Shown: positions 43,025 to 51,765 of the stretch, piece after piece
Numbering within the stretch: position 1 is the stretch's first letter
How the letters are laid out: each line of letters opens with the position of its first letter
Assembly (NCBI GenBank): GCA_963823555.1
Contig: CAWGMA010000001.1
Coordinates: forward strand, 1,952,001 to 2,016,000
Reading direction: 5' to 3'
Origin: Candidatus Eiseniibacteriota bacterium
Lineage (GTDB): Bacteria; Eisenbacteria; RBG-16-71-46; CAVPCR01
DNA length: 64,000 bases
Program-made: the position numbers and the translations under genes
Notes under the pieces: model-generated
The model's database searches: none
What the model saw: only the letters and a program-made list of their open reading frames with translations
What the model was told of the DNA's origin: nothing

Positions 43025-43651
43025 CTAGGCCGGCTCGGCATCCTCGCCGTGCTTCGCCCCCAGGATACCGCGATGGAGATCCTGGTAGTGCGGCCCCCGG
43101 GGAGAGAGACGGCTCTCCACCACCACCACCTCGCTCACCTCGAACACCCCCGGTTCGAAGACCGTGGCCCCGATCGCCGCGCGCATGGCGGCGGTTGCCT
43201 GCAGGGGCACGGGTCCTGTCTGGCTCCCGCGGCGGGCGTTGGGATCCCGTACGCGCCCCAGGGTCAAATGAGGGGCAAACGGCCGATCACCCCGCCCCAG
43301 ACCGACTCGGACGAACTCCTCCTCCAGGCCCACGGCGAGCTGCTTGAGTTCATCCCCACCCTGCGCGATGCCCGCCCAGATCACCCGCGGGCGCCCGCGC
43401 TCGGGGAAGGTACCCAGACCCTCGATCCGCACAGCAAACGCCGTGGTCGCAGCCGTCACCGTCGTGACCGCCGCGGCCACCCGGGCCATCGCGCCCGGGT
43501 CGAGCTCACCGAAGAAGCGCAACGTCAGGTGGAGGTTCTCGGTCTCCACCCACTTGACGTCGGCCAGAGCCCGGTCGAGCGCTCCTTGCACACTGGCGAT
43601 CTTCTCGGCCAGGAAGGCGGGAAGACGCACTGCCACGAAGACCCGTGCCAT
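43025..43651 (-). CDS. thpR: RNA 2',3'-cyclic phosphodiesterase
   Basis: two HxT motifs (LHLTLRF, PHLTLGR); start MARVFVAV. Confidence 0.92.
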   Translation of the reverse strand: MARVFVAVRLPAFLAEKIASVQGALDRALADVKWVETENLHLTLRFFGELDPGAMARVAAAVTTVTAATTAFAVRIEGLGTFPERGRPRVIWAGIAQGGDELKQLAVGLEEEFVRVGLGRGDRPFAPHLTLGRVRDPNARRGSQTGPVPLQATAAMRAAIGATVFEPGVFEVSEVVVVESRLSPRGPHYQDLHRGILGAKHGEDAEPA

Positions 43652-43830
43652 GGATCCCCCACTCCCCCGTCGACGCCGACTTGCAAGAGCCGCGCCGAGC
43701 CTTCCTCGGCACGGCCCCGGCCTTGAGGCGTCATGCGGACCGATGTTATCGTGAGGTGTTCGCCGCCACGAGTCCCATTTCAAGATCCAGCCGCCAAACC
43801 GATCCCAGCCGCGACCGGAGAACCCGAGTG

Positions 43831-46317
43831 ATGACTGCCAACCGCACTTGCCGCACCACACCACCCAGGACGTGGGCCTCTTTCCCGTCCGACAACCGCG
43901 CGGCGACCTACCGGAGCGTGTCGCATCCGCCGGCCATCGCGTGGCCTCTGGCTCTCGCGGCCTCGATGCTGGCCGTGAGCCTTGCGGGGGCCGTGCCCAT
44001 CGGCGATCTCCATCAGAACGACGCCAGTGGCGTGCCCGCCGCACCGTACACGATCGGTACACCGGTGACCATCTCCGGGATCGTCACGGCGCCGGATACC
44101 GTGTTCAACAAGTTCTCAACCGCCATCCATGTCCAGGACGAAACGGGCGGCGTCTACGTGTTCCAGTCGGGAGGCGTCTTCCAGTGGAACTTCGATCTCG
44201 GTGACACGGTGACCATCACCGGATCGATCGCGCAGTTCCTCGGGATCACCGAGGTCACGAGCCTGTCGACGGTGACCATTCATGAGCGCGGACGACCTGT
44301 GCCCTCTCCGCTCACGCTCACGTGCGCCCAGGTGAACGCCACGTTCGATCCCGCGACCTTTCGCGAGGTGAACGAGTCGCGGCTCATCCGCATCGACAAC
44401 GTCTCGATCGTGGCCGGAAGCTGGCCGGTCACCCCCGGTGGCAACGCCGCGCTCACGATCTCCGACGGCACCGGCACCACGACCCTCCTCATCAACCAGA
44501 ACTCCGAGCTCAACGGCTCACCGGCGCCGCCCACCGTGTTCTCGGTGATCGGCGTCCTGCAGCAGGAGGACTCGACCTCGCCCTACACGTCGGGGTACAG
44601 GATCCTCCCGCGCTACCTTGCCGATATCACCGGTCAGGGGCCATCCATCACCTCCGGGCCGACCGTGGTCGACCTGACACCGACCTCGGCTCGCATCATC
44701 TGGACCACCAACATCGAGTCCTCGAGCCGGGTCGAGTACGGGCCCACCACCGCCTATGGCGGCACCGTCAGCGACCCGACACCGGTGACCGATCATGAGA
44801 TCACCTTGAGCGGAATCGCCGATGCCTCCTACTGGAACTACCGCGTGAGCTCGACCGACCCGGAGGGCACGACCTATAGCGGCAATCACACGTTCGTCAC
44901 GCCGCCCGCCACCGACGAGGCGATCATGGTCTACTTCAACAAGTCGATCGAGCCCGAGTACGCAGCGGGCAAGGTGGCGGCCGGGAACGTTCCGCTCGAC
45001 GAGATCCTGATCTCGCGCATCAGCGCCGCTCGCTTCTCGATCGACTGCGCCATGTACAGCTTCACGCTGCCCAACGTCGCTGACGCGCTCATCGCCGCCC
45101 ACCAGCGCGGGGTCCAGATCCGGGTGATCCGGGAATGGGAGACCTCGGCCACGCAGTACAACCGGCTCCTGGCCGCCGGCATTCCGGCGATCGACAGCCA
45201 CTTCGGCGGCAATCACGCCTCGACCGGGCTCCACCACAACAAGTTCTTCGTGTTCGAGGCCCGGGACAACTCCTCGACCCTCGATGACTGGGTGCTCACC
45301 GGATCGTGGAACCCGACCTTCCAGGGCACGAACGACGATCCGCAGAACGTGGTCGAGATCCGGGACACCGAGGTGGCAGCCGCCTACACCATCGAGTTCA
45401 ACGAGATGTGGGGCTCGGATACCAACGTCCCGGACGCGGTGCAGTCACGCATGGGGACCGAGAAGTGGAACAACACCCAGCACCTCTTCACGGTCAACGA
45501 CATCCCGGTCGAGGTCTACTTCGCCCCCTCGGATGGCCACGAGAACATCATGCTGGCACGCATCGGAAACGACGCCGACCATCAGACCTACTTCGTGACG
45601 CTCACCATCACCCGCGATTCGATCGAGGGCGCCATGAAGTCGAAGTGGGACAACATCCCCGGCTTCGAGGTGCGGGGGGTATTCGACCGGAACCTGGATC
45701 CGAACACCCGCTACTACCAGATGATCGGACAGGCACCGCCGGCCTGGTCGCCGCCGGCGGACGTCCATCTCGGGAACTACTCGCCCGGCTTCCTGCACCA
45801 CAAGACGATGATCATCGACGTCGGCTATCCCGATTCGGACCCTCTCGTCATCACCGGCTCGCCGAACTGGAGTGCCAACGCCCGCAACTACAACGACGAG
45901 AACCAGGTCTACATCCACGACTATTCGATCGCACGCCAGTACCTGCAGGAGTTCGCCGCCCGCTACCATGCCGCGGGCGGCACCGGGTCCCTGGGCGAGG
46001 GCGCCGGCATCCAGGATCCCGGGGCGGCCCCGGAGGCACCGGGCATCCAGCTCTGGGCCTCTCCGAGCCCGTTCGATGAGTCGACGGCGCTGGGATTCAC
46101 GCTCCCCGCCGCCGGTCCGGCTTCACTCGCGATCTACGACGCGGGCGGCCGCCGCGTGCGCCATTTCGAACTGGGCGAGCGGCAAGCGGCGACGCGGCAC
46201 ATGATCGCCTGGGACGGGCGCGACGACCGGGGGCAAGAGCTCGCCAACGGCGTGTATTTCTCCCGGCTCGAGGCCGGAGGCGCCACCGCGACGCGCGCTC
46301 TCATCCGCCTCCGCTGA
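43831..46317 (+). CDS. secreted PLD-family (HKD) nuclease/phospholipase with OB-fold, FN3 and C-terminal FlgD-Ig domains
   Basis: HHNKFFVFE and HHKTMIID; VTISGIVT/GDTVTITG; IIWTTNIESSSRVEYG; WDGRDDRGQELANGVYF; start uncertain. Confidence 0.85.
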   Translation: MTANRTCRTTPPRTWASFPSDNRAATYRSVSHPPAIAWPLALAASMLAVSLAGAVPIGDLHQNDASGVPAAPYTIGTPVTISGIVTAPDTVFNKFSTAIHVQDETGGVYVFQSGGVFQWNFDLGDTVTITGSIAQFLGITEVTSLSTVTIHERGRPVPSPLTLTCAQVNATFDPATFREVNESRLIRIDNVSIVAGSWPVTPGGNAALTISDGTGTTTLLINQNSELNGSPAPPTVFSVIGVLQQEDSTSPYTSGYRILPRYLADITGQGPSITSGPTVVDLTPTSARIIWTTNIESSSRVEYGPTTAYGGTVSDPTPVTDHEITLSGIADASYWNYRVSSTDPEGTTYSGNHTFVTPPATDEAIMVYFNKSIEPEYAAGKVAAGNVPLDEILISRISAARFSIDCAMYSFTLPNVADALIAAHQRGVQIRVIREWETSATQYNRLLAAGIPAIDSHFGGNHASTGLHHNKFFVFEARDNSSTLDDWVLTGSWNPTFQGTNDDPQNVVEIRDTEVAAAYTIEFNEMWGSDTNVPDAVQSRMGTEKWNNTQHLFTVNDIPVEVYFAPSDGHENIMLARIGNDADHQTYFVTLTITRDSIEGAMKSKWDNIPGFEVRGVFDRNLDPNTRYYQMIGQAPPAWSPPADVHLGNYSPGFLHHKTMIIDVGYPDSDPLVITGSPNWSANARNYNDENQVYIHDYSIARQYLQEFAARYHAAGGTGSLGEGAGIQDPGAAPEAPGIQLWASPSPFDESTALGFTLPAAGPASLAIYDAGGRRVRHFELGERQAATRHMIAWDGRDDRGQELANGVYFSRLEAGGATATRALIRLR

Positions 46318-46570
46318 TCCAGCAAGAGACCGCTCCCGCTCGAGCAGACCGTTCGCTGCGGCTGGCGACCGTTCGGTCCCGGTCGATCGATTGGTGCGCT
46401 ATTTCTCTATAATCAATTATCAGGCAAATACTTACGATGATCGGTCGATATTCGACCGCTGTTCGCTTCATTCCTTTAAGCGCCGATCACAAAACAAATT
46501 ACCGCGGAGACCGGGCGTTTCCTGCGGAGCCGCTTCAGGCAGAGCTCCCAAACTGCTTGAAAGTTGGGGA

Positions 46571-46599
46571 TTGACGACGGCGCGTCGCCGCTCTAGCTT
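46571..46599 (+). promoter_or_regulatory. sigma70-like promoter upstream of OMP gene
   Basis: TTGACG-17 nt-TAGCTT. Confidence 0.6.
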
Positions 46600-46890
46600 C
46601 CCGCCCGAACTTCCCGACGGGGCTCGGTTCAATCCCCCGGAAGATGGGGAGTCGAAAGAGAGAATCACGGTTTCACCTGCGTCGCCCGCGATGTGCGGTG
46701 ATGCGCTGGCGGGACGAAGCGGGGAACCGCAAGAGTTCCCAGCGCAAATCCACTGGGTGGGCGCTCGGATACCAGGGTCCTGAACCCTTGCTCCACGAAG
46801 TGCTGGGCTGGTGACCAGGGAGGCCAGTGCCCCGGCCCCCAGCGATGGTGTCCGCCCTCGCAGGGTGGGTCCTAACCAGGAGGTTCGTCC

Positions 46891-47376
46891 ATGTTCAGGA
46901 GTGCGCTCCTCGCTTCAATGTGTGCTTTGCTCGTGGCCTCGGTCGCCATGGCCGACGCCCCTTCGAGCCTGATGGGTGGTAACTGGTCCCTGGGCTTCAA
47001 CGCCGATGCCAGCGAGGCCATCGCTGTCGGCTACCAGCTCAGGGATATGATGAAGGTCGGAGGCCAGGTCGGCGTTGCCAGCACCGATCCGGGGGATACG
47101 GCCTGGAGCGTCGGCGTCCTGGCGCACTGGTACCTGGCCAGCCTCTCGAACCAGTACTTCTCGCCCTTCGTTGGCGGCGAGTTCGGCTGGTCGGATTCCG
47201 GGCGCGAGGGGTCGGACGGAACCCTCAACCTGAACGCCCGGTTCGGCGGCGAGGCCTTCCCGGTCCCGCCGCTGTCGGTCGGTGGCTACATCGGCTTCGG
47301 GTGGCGGGAACTGGACGCCGATACCGACTTCTTCGGCACGCTCCGCTCGGCGTTCTTCGTCAACCTGTACTGGTAG
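46891..47376 (+). CDS. small outer-membrane beta-barrel protein
   Basis: SD AGGAGG; signal peptide; amphipathic aromatic strands; terminal FFVNLYW. Confidence 0.8.
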   Translation: MFRSALLASMCALLVASVAMADAPSSLMGGNWSLGFNADASEAIAVGYQLRDMMKVGGQVGVASTDPGDTAWSVGVLAHWYLASLSNQYFSPFVGGEFGWSDSGREGSDGTLNLNARFGGEAFPVPPLSVGGYIGFGWRELDADTDFFGTLRSAFFVNLYW

Positions 47377-47405
47377 ACCACTCGGTCACGTTGACGGCGT
47401 GATAC

Positions 47406-47443
47406 GACCGGGGATGGCTCGCGCCATCCCCGGTCTCTTCTTT
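47406..47443 (+). terminator. rho-independent terminator
   Basis: GACCGGGGATGGC-TCGC-GCCATCCCCGGTC followed by TCTTCTTT. Confidence 0.85.
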
Positions 47444-47462
47444 GGGCCGGGCAGAAATTCCG

Positions 47463-48716
47463 CTAGCGAGCGATGTCCAGCGAGACTCGACGCACCAGAT
47501 CGAGGGCGAGAGTGGCCGCCCGCTCGCGGACCTGCTGGCGATTCCCCGGGAGCAAGAAGCGGCGGGCGACCGGGGCACTTCTCCCGTTCGAGGCGACGGC
47601 GGCGTAGACGAGCCCCACCGGCTTCTCGGAGGTCCCGCCTCCAGGTCCGGCAATTCCCGTGACGGCGAGACCCAGATCCGATGCGAACCGGGCGACGGCG
47701 CCCCGCGCCATCGCCGCCGCCACCTCCGCGCTCACGGCGCCGTGCACGGCGAGGAGATCGGCCGGAACCCCGAGCAGCCGCTCCTTCGCCTCGTTCGCAT
47801 AGGCGACCACCCCACCGCTGAAGTAGGCCGAGCTCCCCGGAACCTGCGTCACCCGATAGCCCACGAGCCCCCCCGTGCAGGACTCGGCGAGCGCCAGCGT
47901 GAGCTTCCGCTCGAGCAGAAGGCGGCCGACCACCTCCTCGATCGACTCCTCGCCGCGCGCGTAGACCTGCGCGGGGAACGAGCGAGCGATGGCATCGGCG
48001 ACGCGCGCCACGGCCGGCCCCTCCTCGGGAGCGAACCCGGTGATCCGCACGTCCACACCCCCCGGGCCGGGGAGATAGGCGATGACGACGGGGGACCGAT
48101 CGATCCCGTCCTTCTCCACGCGCTCCGCGATCTCGGATTCCGGGATACCGGTCGTTCGCACGGTGGCCGCCGGCAGAACAGCGAGCCCGGGGAAATGGGC
48201 CTTGAGGCGTGGGAGAACGACCTCGCGCGTCATCGCCTCGAGCTCGCGCGGGATGCCCGGAAGCGCACAGAGCACCGTCCCCCCGCGCTCGAACCAGAGC
48301 CCGGGGGCGAGCCCGATCGGGTTCTCGAGCTGGACCATGCCGGAGGGCAGGAGCGCCTGGCGCCGGCCGACCGGACCGAGCTCGCGGCCGAGGCTCGCAT
48401 GGCGCGCCGCGATTCGCTCGAGCACCGCCGGGTCCTCGACCAGGGGGACGCCGGCGAGCTCCCCCAAGCAGTCGCGCGTCACATCATCGGCGGTGGGACC
48501 GAGCCCGCCGGAAACAAGGATGATCTCCGAATCGGCGCCGGCCATATCGAGCGCGGCGAGGATCGCCGCGCGATCATCGCCCACACTCAGATGGCGGTGC
48601 ACCAGGACCCCGGCGGCGCCGAGCGCCCGCGCCAGGAACCCGAAGTTGGTGTCGAGCGTACGCCCGGAGAGGAGCTCGTTGCCGATGGTCAGGACCGTGG
48701 CCCGGGTCATCGCCAC
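47463..48716 (-). CDS. cinA: competence/damage-inducible protein CinA (NMN deamidase domain)
   Basis: IGNELLSG, GGLGPTADD, AESCTGG, TGIAGPGGG. Confidence 0.95.
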   Translation of the reverse strand: MAMTRATVLTIGNELLSGRTLDTNFGFLARALGAAGVLVHRHLSVGDDRAAILAALDMAGADSEIILVSGGLGPTADDVTRDCLGELAGVPLVEDPAVLERIAARHASLGRELGPVGRRQALLPSGMVQLENPIGLAPGLWFERGGTVLCALPGIPRELEAMTREVVLPRLKAHFPGLAVLPAATVRTTGIPESEIAERVEKDGIDRSPVVIAYLPGPGGVDVRITGFAPEEGPAVARVADAIARSFPAQVYARGEESIEEVVGRLLLERKLTLALAESCTGGLVGYRVTQVPGSSAYFSGGVVAYANEAKERLLGVPADLLAVHGAVSAEVAAAMARGAVARFASDLGLAVTGIAGPGGGTSEKPVGLVYAAVASNGRSAPVARRFLLPGNRQQVRERAATLALDLVRRVSLDIAR

Positions 48717-48729
48717 CTCGGCCGCGGCG

Positions 48730-49245
48730 TCAAGCCGCCCGCGCCATCAGGGCCAGCATGACGCGCACCGCGAGATTGGCGTAGATCCCGGCGACGACAT
48801 CATCGGTCACGACGCCGAACCCTCCCGGGAGCTTCTCGGCGCGCCGCCCCGGGAAGGGTTTGAGGACATCGAAGACCCGAAAGGCGAAGAAGGCGAGAAC
48901 CGCCGTCTCGCGGCCCGCGGGGAGGGCGAAGAGCGTGGCCGCCATGCCCGCACCCTCGTCGATCACGATGTGCCGCGCGTCATGACCCCACACCCTCTCG
49001 CCCCGGCCTGCCGCCCACACCGCGATCGGGGTCACGGCGAGGAAGATGAGCGCATCGACCACGGGGGCGAGCGGAGGCAGGAAGGCGTAGCCGATGGCGA
49101 TGGCAAGGCTCGCCACCGTCGCCGGCACGAGCGGAGAGAACCCGAGCGGTCCAAGCGAGGCCAGGATGAGCGCGACCCTCGTGATGGCCGGAACGCCGGC
49201 GTGGTGCTCGTCCTCCGGACCCCCTATCGGGCCTTCAGGCTTCAT
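48730..49245 (-). CDS. pgpA: phosphatidylglycerophosphatase A
   Basis: IVIDEGAG, FRVFDVLKP, GVVTDDVVAG. Confidence 0.92.
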   Translation of the reverse strand: MKPEGPIGGPEDEHHAGVPAITRVALILASLGPLGFSPLVPATVASLAIAIGYAFLPPLAPVVDALIFLAVTPIAVWAAGRGERVWGHDARHIVIDEGAGMAATLFALPAGRETAVLAFFAFRVFDVLKPFPGRRAEKLPGGFGVVTDDVVAGIYANLAVRVMLALMARAA

Positions 49246-49889
49246 CGCGGCACCGCGCTGGCCGCACGCCCCGCGCCCGCAGCGGCCCGCGCCGCGACGC
49301 GAGCCGCCGCTCCGTCTTCGAGGGAACGCAGCACCCCGCGGCAGCAGGCCTTGAGGGTCTCGACGACGCCGTTCCCGTCCTTGGCCACTGCCTCGAAGGC
49401 CGGCGCGCCGTGCGTGTTGAGAAGAGCATCGAGATGAGCCACCGGCACCGCACCCGGCAGGTCGCGCTTGTTCCACTGCATGACGAGCGGGATGCGGTCG
49501 AGACCGAGGCGGTCCTGGCGGAGATTCTTGACCAGATCGTCGAGGCTCTCGAGATTCTCGAGCAGGCGCCGGCGCTGCGAGTCCGCGACGAAGACGATAC
49601 CGTCGACGTCGCGCAGGATGAGGCGCCGAGAGGCCGCATAGTATCCCTGGCCGGGAACCGTGTAGAGATGGAAACGCACACGGAAGCCGCGCACCTGCCC
49701 GAGATCGATCGGCAGGAAATCGAAGAACAACGTGCGTTCGTTCTCGGTGGCGATCGAGACCATGCGGCCTCGTGCATGATCGGGAAGACGGCCGTGGATA
49801 CGAAGCAGATTGGTGGTCTTACCACCCAGTCCGGGGCCGTAGTAGACGATCTTGGCGTGGATCTCCCGGGACGGGTAGTTGATGAGCAC
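49242..49889 (-). CDS. mglA: MglA-type small GTPase
   Basis: KIVYYGPGLGGKTTNL, ERTLFFDF, YTVPGQ, NKRD. Confidence 0.92.
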   Translation of the reverse strand: MLINYPSREIHAKIVYYGPGLGGKTTNLLRIHGRLPDHARGRMVSIATENERTLFFDFLPIDLGQVRGFRVRFHLYTVPGQGYYAASRRLILRDVDGIVFVADSQRRRLLENLESLDDLVKNLRQDRLGLDRIPLVMQWNKRDLPGAVPVAHLDALLNTHGAPAFEAVAKDGNGVVETLKACCRGVLRSLEDGAAARVAARAAAGAGRAASAVPR

Positions 49890-49897
49890 GCGATTCC

Positions 49898-50401
49898 CTA
49901 ATCACCGAACAGGCCATCCAGCTCCGCTTCGGCGGCCTCGGCAAACCCCGCGCCGATGACCGGCTCCATCTCCTCGACGCCGCCAGCCTGGATCTTGGCG
50001 AACAAGCTGTCGAGGATGGCCTCGAGGCGCGTCGCCACCTTCTTGGCCTGGAAGCGGACGAGGCCGAGCGTCGTGGTCTTGTCGTAAACGGCGGCGAGGA
50101 TGACGCGATCGGCCATCATCTGGAGGTAGAGGCCGGAATCGGCGCCTTGATGCACCAGGGTCTTGAAGTCGGTCTCCCCGACCAGGGCCGCCAGCTCGCG
50201 ATTGGCGGCGAAGTCGGCCGCGGCGAGAGAGGCGAAGGCATCGAGATCGAACTCGGGAAACGCGCCCACCGTCGTGATGAGCTGTCCGGTCTTGTCGATC
50301 AGCGCCACGCCACGACAGTAAGAACCCGAGAGGAAGCGATCGAGGGCTTCATCGATGCCCCAGAAATCTTCCTCGTACAAGGCCCAGTTTCGTCCGACCA
50401 T
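49898..50401 (-). CDS. mglB: MglB roadblock/LC7 protein
   Basis: LYEED, LIDKTGQLI, TTLGLVR; adjacent to mglA. Confidence 0.88.
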   Translation of the reverse strand: MVGRNWALYEEDFWGIDEALDRFLSGSYCRGVALIDKTGQLITTVGAFPEFDLDAFASLAAADFAANRELAALVGETDFKTLVHQGADSGLYLQMMADRVILAAVYDKTTTLGLVRFQAKKVATRLEAILDSLFAKIQAGGVEEMEPVIGAGFAEAAEAELDGLFGD

Positions 50402-50760
50402 GGGCAGCTCCGGTTTACCGGCGGAGATCCGGTCTGGTAAGGCCCGGCGCCACGTGGGCGGCGATTCAGGATGATTCCGCCAGGCTGCCTGTGCGCGAGT
50501 GCCTGTCGGGACCACTTCTTGGCCCTGCAAGACCCCCCGCAGGAACGCGGTTCCGGACCGCATTCTGGACGGCGACGCTATCAGGCGACCAAAAGCCGGT
50601 CAATCGGAAATGACGATTCGGTGCGAACATTCGGGCGCGGAGGGGTCCGAGAAAGGCCGGATCGGAGCCCCGGGGGCTGCCGGCCTGTGGGGATCGCCCC
50701 CATCCCTCCCGCAGAGACCGGGATCTCGCCCGCGCGGGATCTCGCCCCGGGAGATCCCGC

Positions 50761-51378
50761 CTAGATCTCCCGGCGCCCCGCCAGGGCGCTGGCCAGGGTC
50801 GATTGATCGGAATACTCGAGATCGGATCCCACCGGCACGCCCCGCGCGATCCGCGTCACCCGAATGCCGAGCGGAGAGATGAGGCGGCTCAGGTAGAGCG
50901 CCGTGGCCTCGCCGGCGGCGTTGGGGTTGGTGGCGATGATGACCTCGTCCACGTGCCCGCTCGAGAGCCGAGCGATGAGCTCCTTCACCCTGAGCTCGTC
51001 GGGACCGATCCCGTCCAGCGGCGAGATGGAACCGCGAAGCACATGGTACTTGCCGCGGAACTCGGCGGTGCGCTCGATGGCGAGCAGATCGGAGGACTGC
51101 TCGACAACACAGATCACCGCCGCGGTCCGGTTCTGGTCGCGGCAAATCGTGCACGACTCGTCCTCGGTCAGATGGCCGCACACCCCGCAGAAGCCCACGC
51201 GCTCTTTGACCGTGACGATGGCCTCGGCCAGGCGCTCCGCCTCCTCGCGGGGCATCTTGAGGATGTGAAGAGCCAGGCGCGTCGCGGTCTTCTGCCCGAT
51301 CGAGGGCAAACGGGTCAACTCCTCGACCAGTCGCCCCACCAGATCCGAACCAAACTCCATCCGTAGTCTCCCACTCAC
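50761..51378 (-). CDS. recR: recombination protein RecR
   Basis: LPSIGQKTA, C4 Zn finger, Toprim domain (YHVLRG, GEATALY). Confidence 0.96.
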   Translation of the reverse strand: MSGRLRMEFGSDLVGRLVEELTRLPSIGQKTATRLALHILKMPREEAERLAEAIVTVKERVGFCGVCGHLTEDESCTICRDQNRTAAVICVVEQSSDLLAIERTAEFRGKYHVLRGSISPLDGIGPDELRVKELIARLSSGHVDEVIIATNPNAAGEATALYLSRLISPLGIRVTRIARGVPVGSDLEYSDQSTLASALAGRREI

Positions 51379-51704
51379 ATGAGACCGCCGAGACCGCCCA
51401 GTTCCATCCCGCCGGTGGCCTTCTCCATCTCGGCCTTGACCGCGGCGGCGGCCACTCGCTGCGCCTCGTTGACCGCACTCAGGACCAGGTCCTCGAGCAA
51501 ATCCACCTCATCGGCGACGACGACCTTGGGATCGATCTTGATCGACTTGAGCTCGTGGCGACCATTGACCACGGCTTCGACCACACCGCCACCCGCCGTG
51601 GCCGAGAACTCCCGGCTGGCCGCCTCCTCTTCGATCTGGGCGATGCGGTCCTGCATGGCCTGGGCCTGTTTCATGAGCTTGCCAAACTGCCGGTTCATCT
51701 TCAT
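51375..51704 (-). CDS. ybaB: YbaB/EbfC nucleoid-associated protein
   Basis: MKQAQAMQ, AGGGVV, LEDLVLSAVN. Confidence 0.93.
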   Translation of the reverse strand: MKMNRQFGKLMKQAQAMQDRIAQIEEEAASREFSATAGGGVVEAVVNGRHELKSIKIDPKVVVADEVDLLEDLVLSAVNEAQRVAAAAVKAEMEKATGGMELGGLGGLM

Positions 51705-51765
51705 CGAACACTCCCCTCGAGCAGGGCGCGATCGGCACCCCGGTTCATCGCGTCACCGGGCGAGC

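Noticed and set aside
46393..46420. dif-like site (starts GGTGCGC)
   Set aside because: Only part of the XerC arm matches, and there is no TTATGTTAAAT-like XerD arm
46600..46890. Assignment to a c-di-GMP, c-di-AMP or cobalamin riboswitch
   Set aside because: Only scattered short matches; core consensus elements were not found by eye
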